A stretch of 64,000 bases of DNA, from contig NC_059428.1 in assembly GCF_021028975.2 (NCBI RefSeq), forward strand, positions 43,152,001 through 43,216,000, read 5' to 3'. The notes beneath the pieces were generated by a model that had not been told where the DNA came from, did not search any database, and worked only from the letters and a program-made list of their open reading frames with translations. This document shows, piece after piece, positions 51,641 through 62,389 of the stretch; the first letter of the stretch is position 1, and the number at the start of each line of letters is the position of its first letter. Source of the DNA: Sphaerodactylus townsendi. Its lineage: Eukaryota. Made by a program: the position numbers and the translations under genes.

Positions 51641-52792
51641 TTTTGGGGGGTAGGATACATTCAAGGAAAAGGACATTTTTGACCTTCCTTAGTGATGGTA
51701 GACGCTTAGTGTGTATGCTAGCATCTAATTGCTGTTGGAATCCTTGCCAGAGAGCAAGCCAACAGACTTGTGCTTTTAACCAGTCTGGGCTGCCAGCCCA
51801 GGACGGGCCTCTGTCACCTACCATCAGTCTATCTGCACATTAACTATGTCAGGCCCAGTAGGCAATTAAATGAAGCCCACTGAGGCAAAATTATGTGGGA
51901 CAATCCTGCCTAAACGATTTCCTTCTGATCTGTACAGGCAGCAGTTTGGTGTCTAAGGGGCAGCTATGATCTTGATGCTCAATGGTAACAAAAGACAAAA
52001 AAGGGAAAAGAAATATTCTGACTCCACGAAGAGCTGCCCTTCCTGAGTGATACTTCTCTTTCATTTTATGCTTGAAAGCCTAACCCAATAAGCTGCACAT
52101 CCAATTTGCTTCCTCCTTTCCTCTACCTAGCCTGTTGTTGAGTTGGCATCCTGTTCTCTATTCCCAGTTATTAATGAACTCTGGATCACGACCCCTTTTT
52201 TCTCCAGTCACCTCCCGGTTAGCTCTCCTGTTAAGCGTTCAAAAAGCATAAAACAATCTTTCAAATATTAATGTTACTGAAGCCTGCCTAAAAAAGAAAT
52301 CATCCAGATAGCACTACTGGTGTTCTGTTTCAGATCCCATTTGGAGGAGGATTGTGAATGTAACTAAATAGGATCTGCCATTAATGTAAAAGCTCGAGAG
52401 CTCAAAATCATCCAGCATTTGGAAGCAAAGTAAAATGGAACAAAACAAAACAAAAGGAGGATATAATACAACTTTGCATACGAAGCTACATTCATCACCA
52501 AATGGTACTCACAATGACTAGGATTGCCAAATCTGAGATTTGGAAATACCTGGAGATTTGAGAGTGCAGCTGGGAAAGGTGGAATTTAGGGAGGGGAGAG
52601 ACCTCTGTAGGGTATAGTACCACACAATCCACCTTCCAAAGCAGCCATTTGCTCCAGAAGAAGTGGAATAAATGTTTTAATTAAATGAACAAGCAATCTA
52701 TATAATTTGAAGAGATCATCTGTAATTACAGGAGATTTCAAACCCCTACCCAGGGACGTAGGTATAGATTTTTTAGGGGCGGGTTCGGGGGT

Positions 52793-52853
52793 GGGTTAGG
52801 GTTAGGCTAAAGTTAGGGTTAGGGTTAGGCTAACCCTAACCCTCACCCTCCCC
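52793..52853. repeat. Head-to-head telomeric repeats (TTAGGG)n/(CCCTAA)n
   Basis: GGGTTAGGGTTAG-G-CTAACCCTAACCC perfect 13-bp inverted repeat at 52816-52842, with further degenerate units. Confidence 0.9.
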
Positions 52854-53120
52854 TAGGGTATGGCCACGCATCGGCCCAGCGCTTATAAAAACAGCTCTCC
52901 AAGGCCGGGGCGGCAGACTCCCCTGCCCCCCACCAGCTGGGCTCCCAGCCAGCAGCTGGCAGTTCCTTCTGCCCTCCCCTCTGGGCAGAGGCATAGAGGG
53001 AAAATGGAACCTGGAGCAAAATCTGAGTTTTGCACACACACACACACCCACACACACCCGCGCACAGCCCTGTGATGCTGGAATCCACCCCCAAACAGCA
53101 TCACTTTCAATGGTGTTTAG

Positions 53121-53207
53121 AAAGCGGGAAGGGTAAGGAGATTGTAAGCTCCTTTGAGTCTCCTACAGGAGAGAAAGGGAGGATATAAATCCCAACTCTT
53201 CTTCTTC
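53121..53207 (+). mobile_element. Squam3-like SINE 3' fragment nested in the hAT element
   Basis: GGAGATTGTAAGCTCCTTTGAGTCTCC...GATATAAATCC...(TTC)n, matching 57900-57984. Confidence 0.85.
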
Positions 53208-54142
53208 TAAACTGAGGACCTCATATTCTCCCTTTAAATCCATGCCAAAGGGGGTGGATTTAAAAGGAGAATCTGGGGAAATTTGGGGGTGCCTGCTGTC
53301 AGGGGTGCAATTGTAAGCTAGCAGCACCAAACTTTTAGGGTATCTTTATGTGACTCTCCTAATGATACTACCCAGGTTTGGTGAAGTTTGGTTCAGGGGG
53401 TCCAAAGTTATGGACCCTCAAATATGTAGCCCCATTCCTATTACCTCCCATTGGAAACAATGGGGGATGGGGCACCCCCTTTGGAAGTCCATAGCTTTGA
53501 AATCCCTTAACCAAACTTCACCAAACCTGGGTGGTATCAGTAAGAGACACTCCTGATGATACCTCCCAGGTTTGGTGAAGTTTGGTTCAGGTTGTCCAAA
53601 GTTATGGACCCTCAAAAGTGTAGCCCCATCTTCTATTAGGTTCCATTGGAAACAATGGAGGATGGCGTCACCCCCTTGGGGAGTCCATAACTTTGGACCC
53701 CCTGAACCAAACCTCACCAAACCTGGATAATATCATCAGGACATTCCCCCAAACAACTCCTGAAAGTTTGGTGCTGCTAGCCTAAACAATGCACCCCCTG
53801 CAGGCCACAAATCGAAAAACACTAAAAAAGTTTTAAAAACCCACAAACGGGTGGGTTGAACCCGAGAACAACCCCCCCTCCCTTACCTACATCCTGAAGC
53901 TGGCACCCTGGACAATGAATGGTAAGGATTAAGGAAAACCTCCAACTATGCTCCTAAATATACAGCCATCTTTTAGCCCTGTTCTTGTGCATCCTTTTCT
54001 CCAGGAGCAAAAAATGCTTGTAAGTAGGAGTTTTATTTTTTATGATAGTGTAATCGAACAAGACACAACTCATTGCTTAGAAGATTCTGGTTAAATCCAT
54101 GGATCTCCAACTAATTGTTTTTATTTTATCACTGGAGCTTCT

Positions 54143-54610
54143 GGCCGCTTCCACATGGCCACGCTGGGAGTCGGGTCGGTGTACATGACGCTGACTCAAC
54201 CCCCCCGGGACCATTTGCATGAACGGTCCCGGTAATGACCGGGAAGACGGTGCCGCACTGCGCCGTCACTCGATCGACTTACCATCCCTGTGACCATACG
54301 GCGTGTCGCCGAGACCAGGGGACATGCCCCCCCCTGCCCTGCGTGACCGCTCCAGTGCAGGGGGGCAGTCCCTATATCCTCGGGCGATACCGGCGATGCG
54401 CAGGGACAGTAAGTCGATTGGGCAAGGGGGGATGGATGGTGCCTTCCAGCCGTTGCCATTCTCACAGCAGCGGCTGGAAGCTTCGTGCTGCTGGGGAGGA
54501 GCGAGGGTGGCACAGCTGCGAAGCAGCTGCGCCCCCCATGCGAACAGCTCCCTCAGGACGGCGTTTTTGCCATCCCCAGGGCACTGTAAAAGGCCCGTGT
54601 GGAAAGGGCC
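54143..54610. mobile_element. GC-rich PIF/Harbinger MITE (468 bp)
   Basis: TIRs GGCCGCTTCCACA / TGTGGAAAGGGCC, TSD TCT, and a 3' block shared with 23023-23542. Confidence 0.9.
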
Positions 54611-55084
54611 TCTGATTCATTGTTAAGAAACTCCCCAACCTCCAAAAGGGAAGACATATTCCTTCTTTGGTTTAGAGATCAGCATCTTACTGAAGGCATG
54701 TTTGTTCGTTATTTCAGTTTTCTTACATCTCTCATTTTTATTAGATCATCTTGTCATCCTTTCCTTCTAGCTTCTCATGCCTTCTCGGCAGTCTTTATCA
54801 TTCTCCTTCTATTTTTCAGGCCCTTTAAAAGAAAAATGATAAAGAGCTTACATTTTCTTCATCTTCTTAATCAAGTTCTTTGACTGGGAAAAAAAGACTG
54901 AGTCCTCCACAATCTTTTACTTCATAGGGATGAATTCTATCTTCAGAGGGAGGAATTCTAACTACTGCCATTAGATACAGAGAAAGTATTACAAATACTT
55001 GTCATTCTTTATAACTTGAATATTCTGCAAGGAGAGGTGAATTCAGAATTGGGAAAGTGTACAATATATATTCCCCCTGTTTAT

Positions 55085-55253
55085 CAGCTCTGATCTGGAT
55101 TGCCCAGACTAGCCCGATCTTTTCAGATCTTGAAAGTATTTGGAAGAGAGCCCACCATGGAAGCTCAGGTTCACTACAGAGAGGCAGGCAATGGCAAACC
55201 ACTTGTGTTAGTCTCCTGCTTTTAAAAGTCATAAGTTGGCTGTGGCTCAATGA
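55085..55253 (+). mobile_element. 5S rRNA-derived SINE with Sauria/RTE-type tail
   Basis: GCCCGATCTTTTCAGATCTTGAA and AGTATTTGGAAGAGAGCCCACC resemble 5S rRNA. Tail AGGCAATGGCAAACCAC...CATAAGTTGG. Confidence 0.75.
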
Positions 55254-55254
55254 C

Positions 55255-55429
55255 CAGGGTTGCCAACCTCCAGACAATGGCTGGAGATCTCGCTCTATTA
55301 CAGTTGATCTCTAGGTGACACAGATAAATTCACTTGGAGAAAATAACGACTTTCAAAGATAGACTATGGCATTTTACTTCATTAAAGGCTCCACCCACAA
55401 AATCTCCAGGTGTTTGCCAAGCAACCCTA
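55255..55429. mobile_element. hAT (Blackjack-like) MITE
   Basis: TIRs CAGGGTTGCCA / GCAACCCTA, homologous to the 52519 element in reverse orientation. Confidence 0.75.
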
Positions 55430-57184
55430 TTGAGGCCATTTTACACACCCACACAGTTTATCAAAAGTTATCCAATATGATCCAAGGTCATTTGTCTTCA
55501 GAGGCAATGTTATGGCAACTGAGTTCCTGACAGCAGATAATAGATGTTTCGTTTGATTTTTCTACTGGTACATATAAATTGTAAATTGTCATGTAAATTG
55601 TAAATTGCCATGTAAATTGAATATAAAAACTGTATAGCATACATACACAATACAAACAAACCAACAGCAAACATGCAGGGAAACGAAGCTATTTAGTATA
55701 TGATGAATGTATGAAAGGGAACATTCACTTTTTCTTAATGTGTTTTCTCCTTGCCAGATGCCATTATGTGCTTGTGGGCTGAGAATGTTAATCCTATAAG
55801 GCACAAGACAAAATTCTTACCCATGTCTTCTACTACCTGAAGAGTAAATGCTACCATTGATTTCATGAAATGATTTGGCAGCAGACATTCTCTTGTAGCA
55901 AGCAAAACAAGCTATCCTCTATCCTTGGCATGAATGTTGGCAAACCTATCTCTTTCTTCTAATGCTGTGTTCCAAATAGTTGAGCTAAGTTGGAACCAGT
56001 TAACGACTACAAAATTTCTTCATTTGGCTTATACCATATTTACCCTTTTGAACAATAAATAGTGACACAATCGAGGACATCTATCAATTTTACACTCTGC
56101 CCATAAATAATTTACTTATACCTCTTCCCACCCTCTTAGTATGTACCTCTTAGTATGAAAGTTACTATTATAAATGACATTGTTATAATTAATCTGCAGT
56201 TCATCTATTATTTTCTCAGTTTAGCCTACTCCGTCTACTTGAATTGAGTGAGGATATTAAAGCTCATAACCAGCCTCTGCTGAAATTCAGTTTTCTTTCA
56301 TCTTACAAGGGGAAAGAGACAGAGAGTTGAAGCTAGAGATAATGTTAAAGAGGTCAGGTGGCAACTTCAATTAGATAAGGAGAAATCACTAACTGAAGAG
56401 GCACTGAAGTTATTATTAGGATCTGGTAGTAAGAATAAATCCCCTCATACAGACCCCAGTACATACAGAGCTATCATTGCTTATGCATCACAAAACAGAC
56501 ATTTTATCACCCATGTTCGTTCTGATATTACTTATGTCAAACAAAGTGAAAGTTAGTATTTGCCAACAGCATCTTGGTCTCTTGTCCTTAGTTTTCCCCA
56601 GATAAAATTTGAAGTGTTTTTTTAAAGGGAGATCCTCAAGGAGCTCCTCAACTAACCCAAGCAAAGTGCTTTTGCTGAGTTCTTTTTTAAAAAATAGCAG
56701 TGGTAAATGTGTGACCAATAACAACACTTGTAGATGCAATATGCAAGCTAAGATAAGGCAACTGAAAATTTTATGCTTCAGAAGCTAAGCTGATTGACTG
56801 CAGGGGGTCAGGAAAGATATATCTACTTTTCATAGGGCAATCCAGCTGCACTATATAACTGATTGAGGTCTCAGTGCAGCAAGACATGTAAGCATGGGCT
56901 TCTGTTTAAACAAGTTTGTTTCCTGGAGACTGGGCTTATAGGTATTTCTGCAATGATTAGCATTTTTCCATTTTATTTAGCAGCACTGGGAAAATTTTAG
57001 GTTACTAACCGTACTTATAAGAGCCAAATATCTGATGCATTTATACGGGATATGTGTTGACTTTTCAGATCTAAAGTATGAGACAAAAATCATGATTGAA
57101 ATTTAAGTAACACTGTCCTACTAAAATAAAGATACAATTTTATTATTGTATACAGATCCCAATAATGATATAATATGAAATGGT

Positions 57185-58620
57185 AGTCTCAGGCAACGGA
57201 TTTTAGAAGGTGCCAGTCTCTGTCCCCACCCATTGTCCTTATCCATTGCTACTGTTTACATGATCAATTTTGAAAACAGATGTATTTTGAATAACACAGT
57301 AAATGTTTGTTTTTCTTTTTTTCCCCCCTTTTTGACTTTGGCTTAGGAATGCTTAATGTGATTGAATTTGGTGCATCCGACCATTAAATTTACTGGCTCT
57401 TTTAGTAGCCATAAGATTTTTTTTAGACATGGAAGTCTATTTCAGGAGAGATTACAAATTCCAGGTATACCTTTATAAGAAATTAACAGACAGGAACTCT
57501 CTGTTGCATTTGAAATTGATTCATTCAGCCCATCTAAAGTGCAAATTCTCTTTTGGCCAATTCCAGCATCTAAAAATAAATTCCACCTGTGACCAGGACA
57601 ATTTGGAGGCTGACAGAACTTCATTCTAGAGGGTATCTGGTAACAGTAATCTGTACAGCTAGAGCAAGGTACAGCACATATCTAGAAGCAGTGGCGTAGG
57701 AGGTTAAGAGCTCATGTATCTAATCTGGAGGAACCAGGTTTGATTCCCCTCTCTGCCGCCTGAGCTGTGGAGGTTTATCTGGGGAATTCAGATTAGCCTG
57801 TACACTCCCACACATGCCAGCTGGGTGACCTTGGGCTAGTCACAGCTTCTCGGTGCTCTCTCAGCCCCACCTACCTCACAGGGTGTTTGTTGTGAGGGGG
57901 GAAGGGCAAGGAGATTGTAAGTCCCTTTGAGCTTCCTGCAGGAGAGAATGGGGGGATATAAATCCAAACTGTTCTTCTTCTTCTAGAACAGCATTGTTTA
58001 AAGTGAAACAGCATCAAAGGGACAATAAAACAACCTGGGCATTAGACTATACTGGTTTGGCTCAGGATATTGTTTCAAGAAATTGGCATATATTACAGAA
58101 CATGTGAGGCTGTGAGAGTCCACCCTTAAATGGATTTAGAAGAACTAGGTCTCTCAAGGACATGCTCAGTACTTCACCAGTTGAATTAAATAGAAGAGGC
58201 CATTAAAGATGTGGGGTTTGCTCAGTTTGCAGTTTGAGCATTGAAACAAAAGTATTTAGGCATCTTATTTCTTGGTTTGAGTATAACATTAGACACTTCA
58301 GTAACTGCAACACAAAAAAGGTCATTCACCTAATTATTTGGCCATGTAATTCAGCATACATCAGGCATTAGCAAACACACAATCAAAACAAGAATTTGTG
58401 AACACAGATCACGCTTAAAATACAGAATAGCAGATGTTCCTCTAGTCAGCCATTACTCAGCAGCAGGTCACACTCACAATGACAAGAGATCTGTGATCCT
58501 TTGGGTATTTCAACAGGGATGGTTTGATTATAAAGATATAGCCAAGATTTGCTAAGGCAAGAAGTAAAAATTATTCACTTATGGTCCCACAGAGACTAAA
58601 CGTTCAGTTGGATTACCATA
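57185..58620 (+). mobile_element. Penelope-like retroelement (RT, Zn-finger, GIY-YIG), degraded and split by a SINE
   Basis: HPTIKFT, LYKKLTDRNSLLH, CGVCSVC, SNCNTKKVI and KTRICEHRS motifs spread across frames. Confidence 0.85.
57688..57981 (+). mobile_element. Full-length Squam3-like tRNA SINE
   Basis: A and B boxes, (TTC)n tail and 7-bp TSD TCTAGAA (57681-57687 / 57982-57988). Confidence 0.92.
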
Positions 58621-59952
58621 TTTCCTCTAAACCATGTGAGACGGTGTGATTCCTACAGTGTAATTGGTGCCATCTGTAAACATTCTCTGTTCCTCAAACT
58701 GGATAAGCAGAGTAGCCTTTGTTGGAGCCATTTTAGCACTCAGTGTGCATTTTGCATTCCAAGAGGCTGTACTTCAGAGAAGCAAGAAAAGAGGAATTGT
58801 CTTAAGTGTGCTTAAGCGTGTATGCCCAGTTGGTAAGTGCATTAGTATACCCCATAGGTATTATAGGAGGATATTATGTAATTCAGTGGAGGTTACTAGA
58901 TGTATTATGGTTTGTCTTATCTCTTAGAATGCATCACTGAGGAAGAACACGGAGGATAACCAGACCTCTGTCTGCGCATATATCTCAATAACATCTTTGT
59001 ACTCTGACAAGTATTATAGAGTATGGACTTTATTTGTAATCATATCATCTGTTCCATGGGGACTTATGGTGCACTGTCTGTAAGACACTTGGTAGGGGTT
59101 TTTTTTGTAATCACATTTAAGAGCCAAGAGCTCTGTTTATGTTATTTGCAATCACAGTAAGTCAAATTGTATACGAGTAGAACATTTAAATTGTTACTTT
59201 GAGATAACTGCAAAGCAACAATGCCTTTTCTGTTTTATAAGCCAATTTGAAGAATGTTTGTAGTACTCGCAACATTGGAGAGTGTTACTTCAAGTTAGCA
59301 GCACAGCATCACTGTTATTTCTGTTTCATAAGTTAGCTGAGGATTTTTATTGTGCTGGCATACAACATTATGGTTTGGTAATTGTAATTAAAAACAATAA
59401 TCTTTGGCTATAGCTTAGCATACATCCATGGACATCATACCTAGACTCAGCAAGTTTGTTTTTTCCATATTTTGTGGCTTTCACTTCCTCTAGACATATT
59501 TAAGCACAGCTGTGCATACTCCAAAGTCTCATGAGATGGGCAGCACTGGCTAGAGCCACTGCCGCCATGCTGTCTCCAAAGAGGCAATAAGTGGCATGGG
59601 AGCCAGAGGAGAAAGAGAAACTTCTTTCTCCCTGGGATGACCCATAGGTACACAAGATTGAAGGGGGGCATTCCCAAGATGATAGTCTTTTAGGATCTAA
59701 CTAAAATTGGCTCTGGCATCAGGAATGCCCCAGAACAAAACAAAACATACAAAAACATACAAATGGAGACATGGGAATGTTTCTGATGTCACCCCCTCCT
59801 GACCTTAGGAACAGGCACCACCAATAGGGGATTTGTAAGCTGTCTCTGTTTAGAGACTGGTACGCTGCTTATTGAATTTTAAGGGTTTTTATTGTTGTTT
59901 TAATTATTGATTATGGATGTTGTTGTAAACCGCCTATAGCCCTTCGGGGATG

Positions 59953-60083
59953 NNNNNNNNNNNNNNNNNNNNNNNNNNNNNNNNNNNNNNNNNNNNNNNN
60001 NNNNNNNNNNNNNNNNNNNNNNNNNNNNNNNNNNNNNNNNNNNNNNNNNNNNNNNNNNNNNNNNNNNNNNNNNNNNNNNNNNN
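59953..60083. other. Assembly gap (131 N)
   Basis: Run of N. Confidence 1.
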
Positions 60084-60129
60084 GAAGAATTACCAAGTCC
60101 ACAAGGGAATGTGGAATTTCCTTCCATAG

Positions 60130-60550
60130 ACATGAAAAGCTTCCCAACATATCAGAAGGGGGATGAGGTTGAGGCATTTTTGTTTAATTTGTTTAGTGCC
60201 GTGATCTAGGAATTCCTGAGGAAAACAAAATGTTATTTTTGCATGCACAAATATACTTGAGTGAAGTATATTCTGATCTCAGGGAAGATGAAACCTCAGA
60301 CTATGTAATTTTTAAAGATAGGGTCAAAATACGATTTGGCTTAATGGTGGAACAAAGCAGAAAAGAATTCAGACAGATTAAAAGAAAACCAGGGGAGTCC
60401 TATGTCCAGCTGGGGAACTGCATAGATAGATGGGTGGAAGGAAGCAAAGGTAAGAGCTCTGATGAACTCAAAAAGCTGATAAGCTTAGAACAATTTTACA
60501 AGAAGTTCCCTCCCCAACTTCTAATTCGATTTTCTGACCAGGAAGGGTAA
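60130..60550 (+). mobile_element. Gmr1-like Gypsy gag fragment (SCAN-related capsid), frameshifted
   Basis: FPTYQKGDEVEAFL, CRDLGIPEENKMLFL, FGLMVEQSRKEFRQIKRKPGES and RWVEG...ELKKLISLEQF. Confidence 0.8.
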
Positions 60551-60764
60551 ATTTAAGCAAGCAACACTCTCTTGCTTTGAGGGTGGTACCTGAAGTTCTG
60601 ATCAAGAAGCCCATCTGCTTATAGGCCAAATTCCCACTGAAAATTTAATCTAGATACAACCAAGTTTCAAAAGAATTGGCACCTTTTCATCCAGGTTCCA
60701 ACATCCTCACTGCAGCATGTTTCTTGTGAAGATGTCTAAACTTGCCCCTTGTGGTGTGTGTGTG

Positions 60765-61310
60765 TGTGCCTGCTGTCAGCGGTGCAATTGGTAAGCTAGC
60801 AGCACCAAAATTTCAGAGTATCTTTAGGAGACCCTCTTGATTGTGCCACCCAGGTTTGGTGAAGCTTGGTTCATGGGGGCCAAAGTTACGGATCCACAAA
60901 TGTGTAGCCCCCCCTCCAATTAGCTCCCTTTAGAAACAATGGGGGATGGGAGAACCCTTTTTGTGAGTCCATAGCTTTGGACTCCCTGGACCAAACTTCA
61001 CAAAACCTGGGTGGTACCAGTAGGAGACTCTGATGATGATGGCACCCAGTTTTGGTGAAGTGTGGTTCATGGGGGCCAAAGTTATGGACCTTCAAATGTG
61101 CAGGCCCCATCTCCTATTAGCTCCCATTGGAAACAATGGGGGATGGGGCACCCCTTTTGGGAGTCCATAGCTTTGGACCCCCTGGACCAAACTTTACAAA
61201 ACCTGGGTGGTATCAGTAGGAGACTCTGATGATGATACCACCCAGAGTTGGTGAAGTTTGGTTCATGGTTCAAATGTGTAGCCCCATCTCCTATTAGCTC
61301 CCTTTGGAGT
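60765..61310. mobile_element. Internal fragment of the 52751 hAT-like family with 2+ palindromic ~195-bp units
   Basis: Units start near 60850, 61045 and 61241 and are homologous to 53290-53730. Confidence 0.85.
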
Positions 61311-61747
61311 GTTTTTCCCCCAAAAAAGGTGCATATACAAGCAGGTCCAGGAAAATCCCGTGATAAGGGGGCAGGGAGCGTCAGAAAAGGGACTGATCTG
61401 TGTTCTGTCGTTCAGCAGTGGTGAGATCGTGAGGAAACCTGGATATTTCGGGTGACTATCCCAGGATTAATTGCCAGTGGGAAATCTCCCATATATATAC
61501 TTATTTTTAGTAAAGGGTGGGAAAATAGAGTTATTAGAAAATAAATTGCTCACATGTTATGTTCTACTGAAGAAACAAATGTTAAAAGGCTGCTCAGAGC
61601 CTGAAGGCGCTGGCTGTTAAACTTTTGAAGGAAAACAAATCTCAGGACACTTGAGGGCTGAGGGTACTACATGTGTATTTGCTTCAACCTTCAGTTTCTC
61701 ATTTTGCTCTTTTTTCCCCTTTCACCTCCTGTTCTATTCTAGCTAAA

Positions 61748-62315
61748 GGCCCTTTCTACACAGCACATTCACAATGAGTGTAACAAGTGAAGCTCACCTA
61801 TTCAGCAAGTGGCAGCAAATGCTGCAGCTACTTTGCACAGGGACACTTTTCTTTTTCCTTCCCAGGATGCATGTGTAGCTATGGAGACCTCTAGTGGACC
61901 TCCATAGCCACACAGTGCCCAGGCAAGGAAAGAAAAAAGAAAAAAAATGTCCATCTCCCAAACCCGTGTTTGGGACTTTGGAATGATGGGCTGCCAGAGA
62001 TTCCCCCCAACCCCTGCAACCGAGAATCTCCCATCATCCGAAATTGGTGCCACTATTTGAGAGGATTCTCTAGAGAATCCACTCAAATGGTGGATGGAAT
62101 GGGGGAAATTGGATGCTTCTAGGTGCCATAGTTCATACAGGCAGTGTTTAAAACCCAAGGTTACAGGAAAAAGATTACTTGTTTAGCAATCTCCATTTAA
62201 CCCGGGTTGGGATCTCTAAAATGAATCTGACCTGTTTGGGCAAAGTGTTCTGTACAAACCTCTGCTCCCAAAATGCCTCCTTATCCCATTTTAGACTTGC
62301 TCTGCAGAATCACCC
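61748..62315. mobile_element. Old Harbinger-type non-autonomous element
   Basis: Degenerate TIRs GGCCCTTTCTACACAGC / GCTCTGCAGAATCACCC with AAA on both flanks. Confidence 0.5.
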
Positions 62316-62330
62316 AAAGTGGGATAGGAA

Positions 62331-62333
<3 letters not shown>

Positions 62334-62388
<55 letters not shown>
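62334..62388. repeat. (CA)n microsatellite
   Basis: Uninterrupted CA run of about 27 units. Confidence 0.98.

Positions 62389-62389
<1 letters not shown>

Larger units (their letters stand above)
52751..53896. mobile_element. Non-autonomous hAT-like element with internal ~194-bp palindromic tandem units
   Basis: TIRs CAGGGACGTAGGTA / TACCTACATCCTG. Units start at 53371 and 53565. Confidence 0.85.
52519..53911. mobile_element. hAT (Blackjack-like) MITE split by a nested element
   Basis: TAGGATTGCCA / TGGCACCCTGG termini and 8-bp TSD ACAATGAC / ACAATGAA. Confidence 0.75.

Noticed and set aside
51450-53896. Possible composite transposon bounded by inverted copies of one terminus
   Set aside because: The arms are clearly diverged with indels and share no TSD. 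The 53896 end pairs with 52751 inside a host MITE, so these are independent insertions.
54196-54626. Overlapping GC-rich ORFs
   Set aside because: Confined to a Harbinger MITE with TIRs and TSD, with no recognisable domain.
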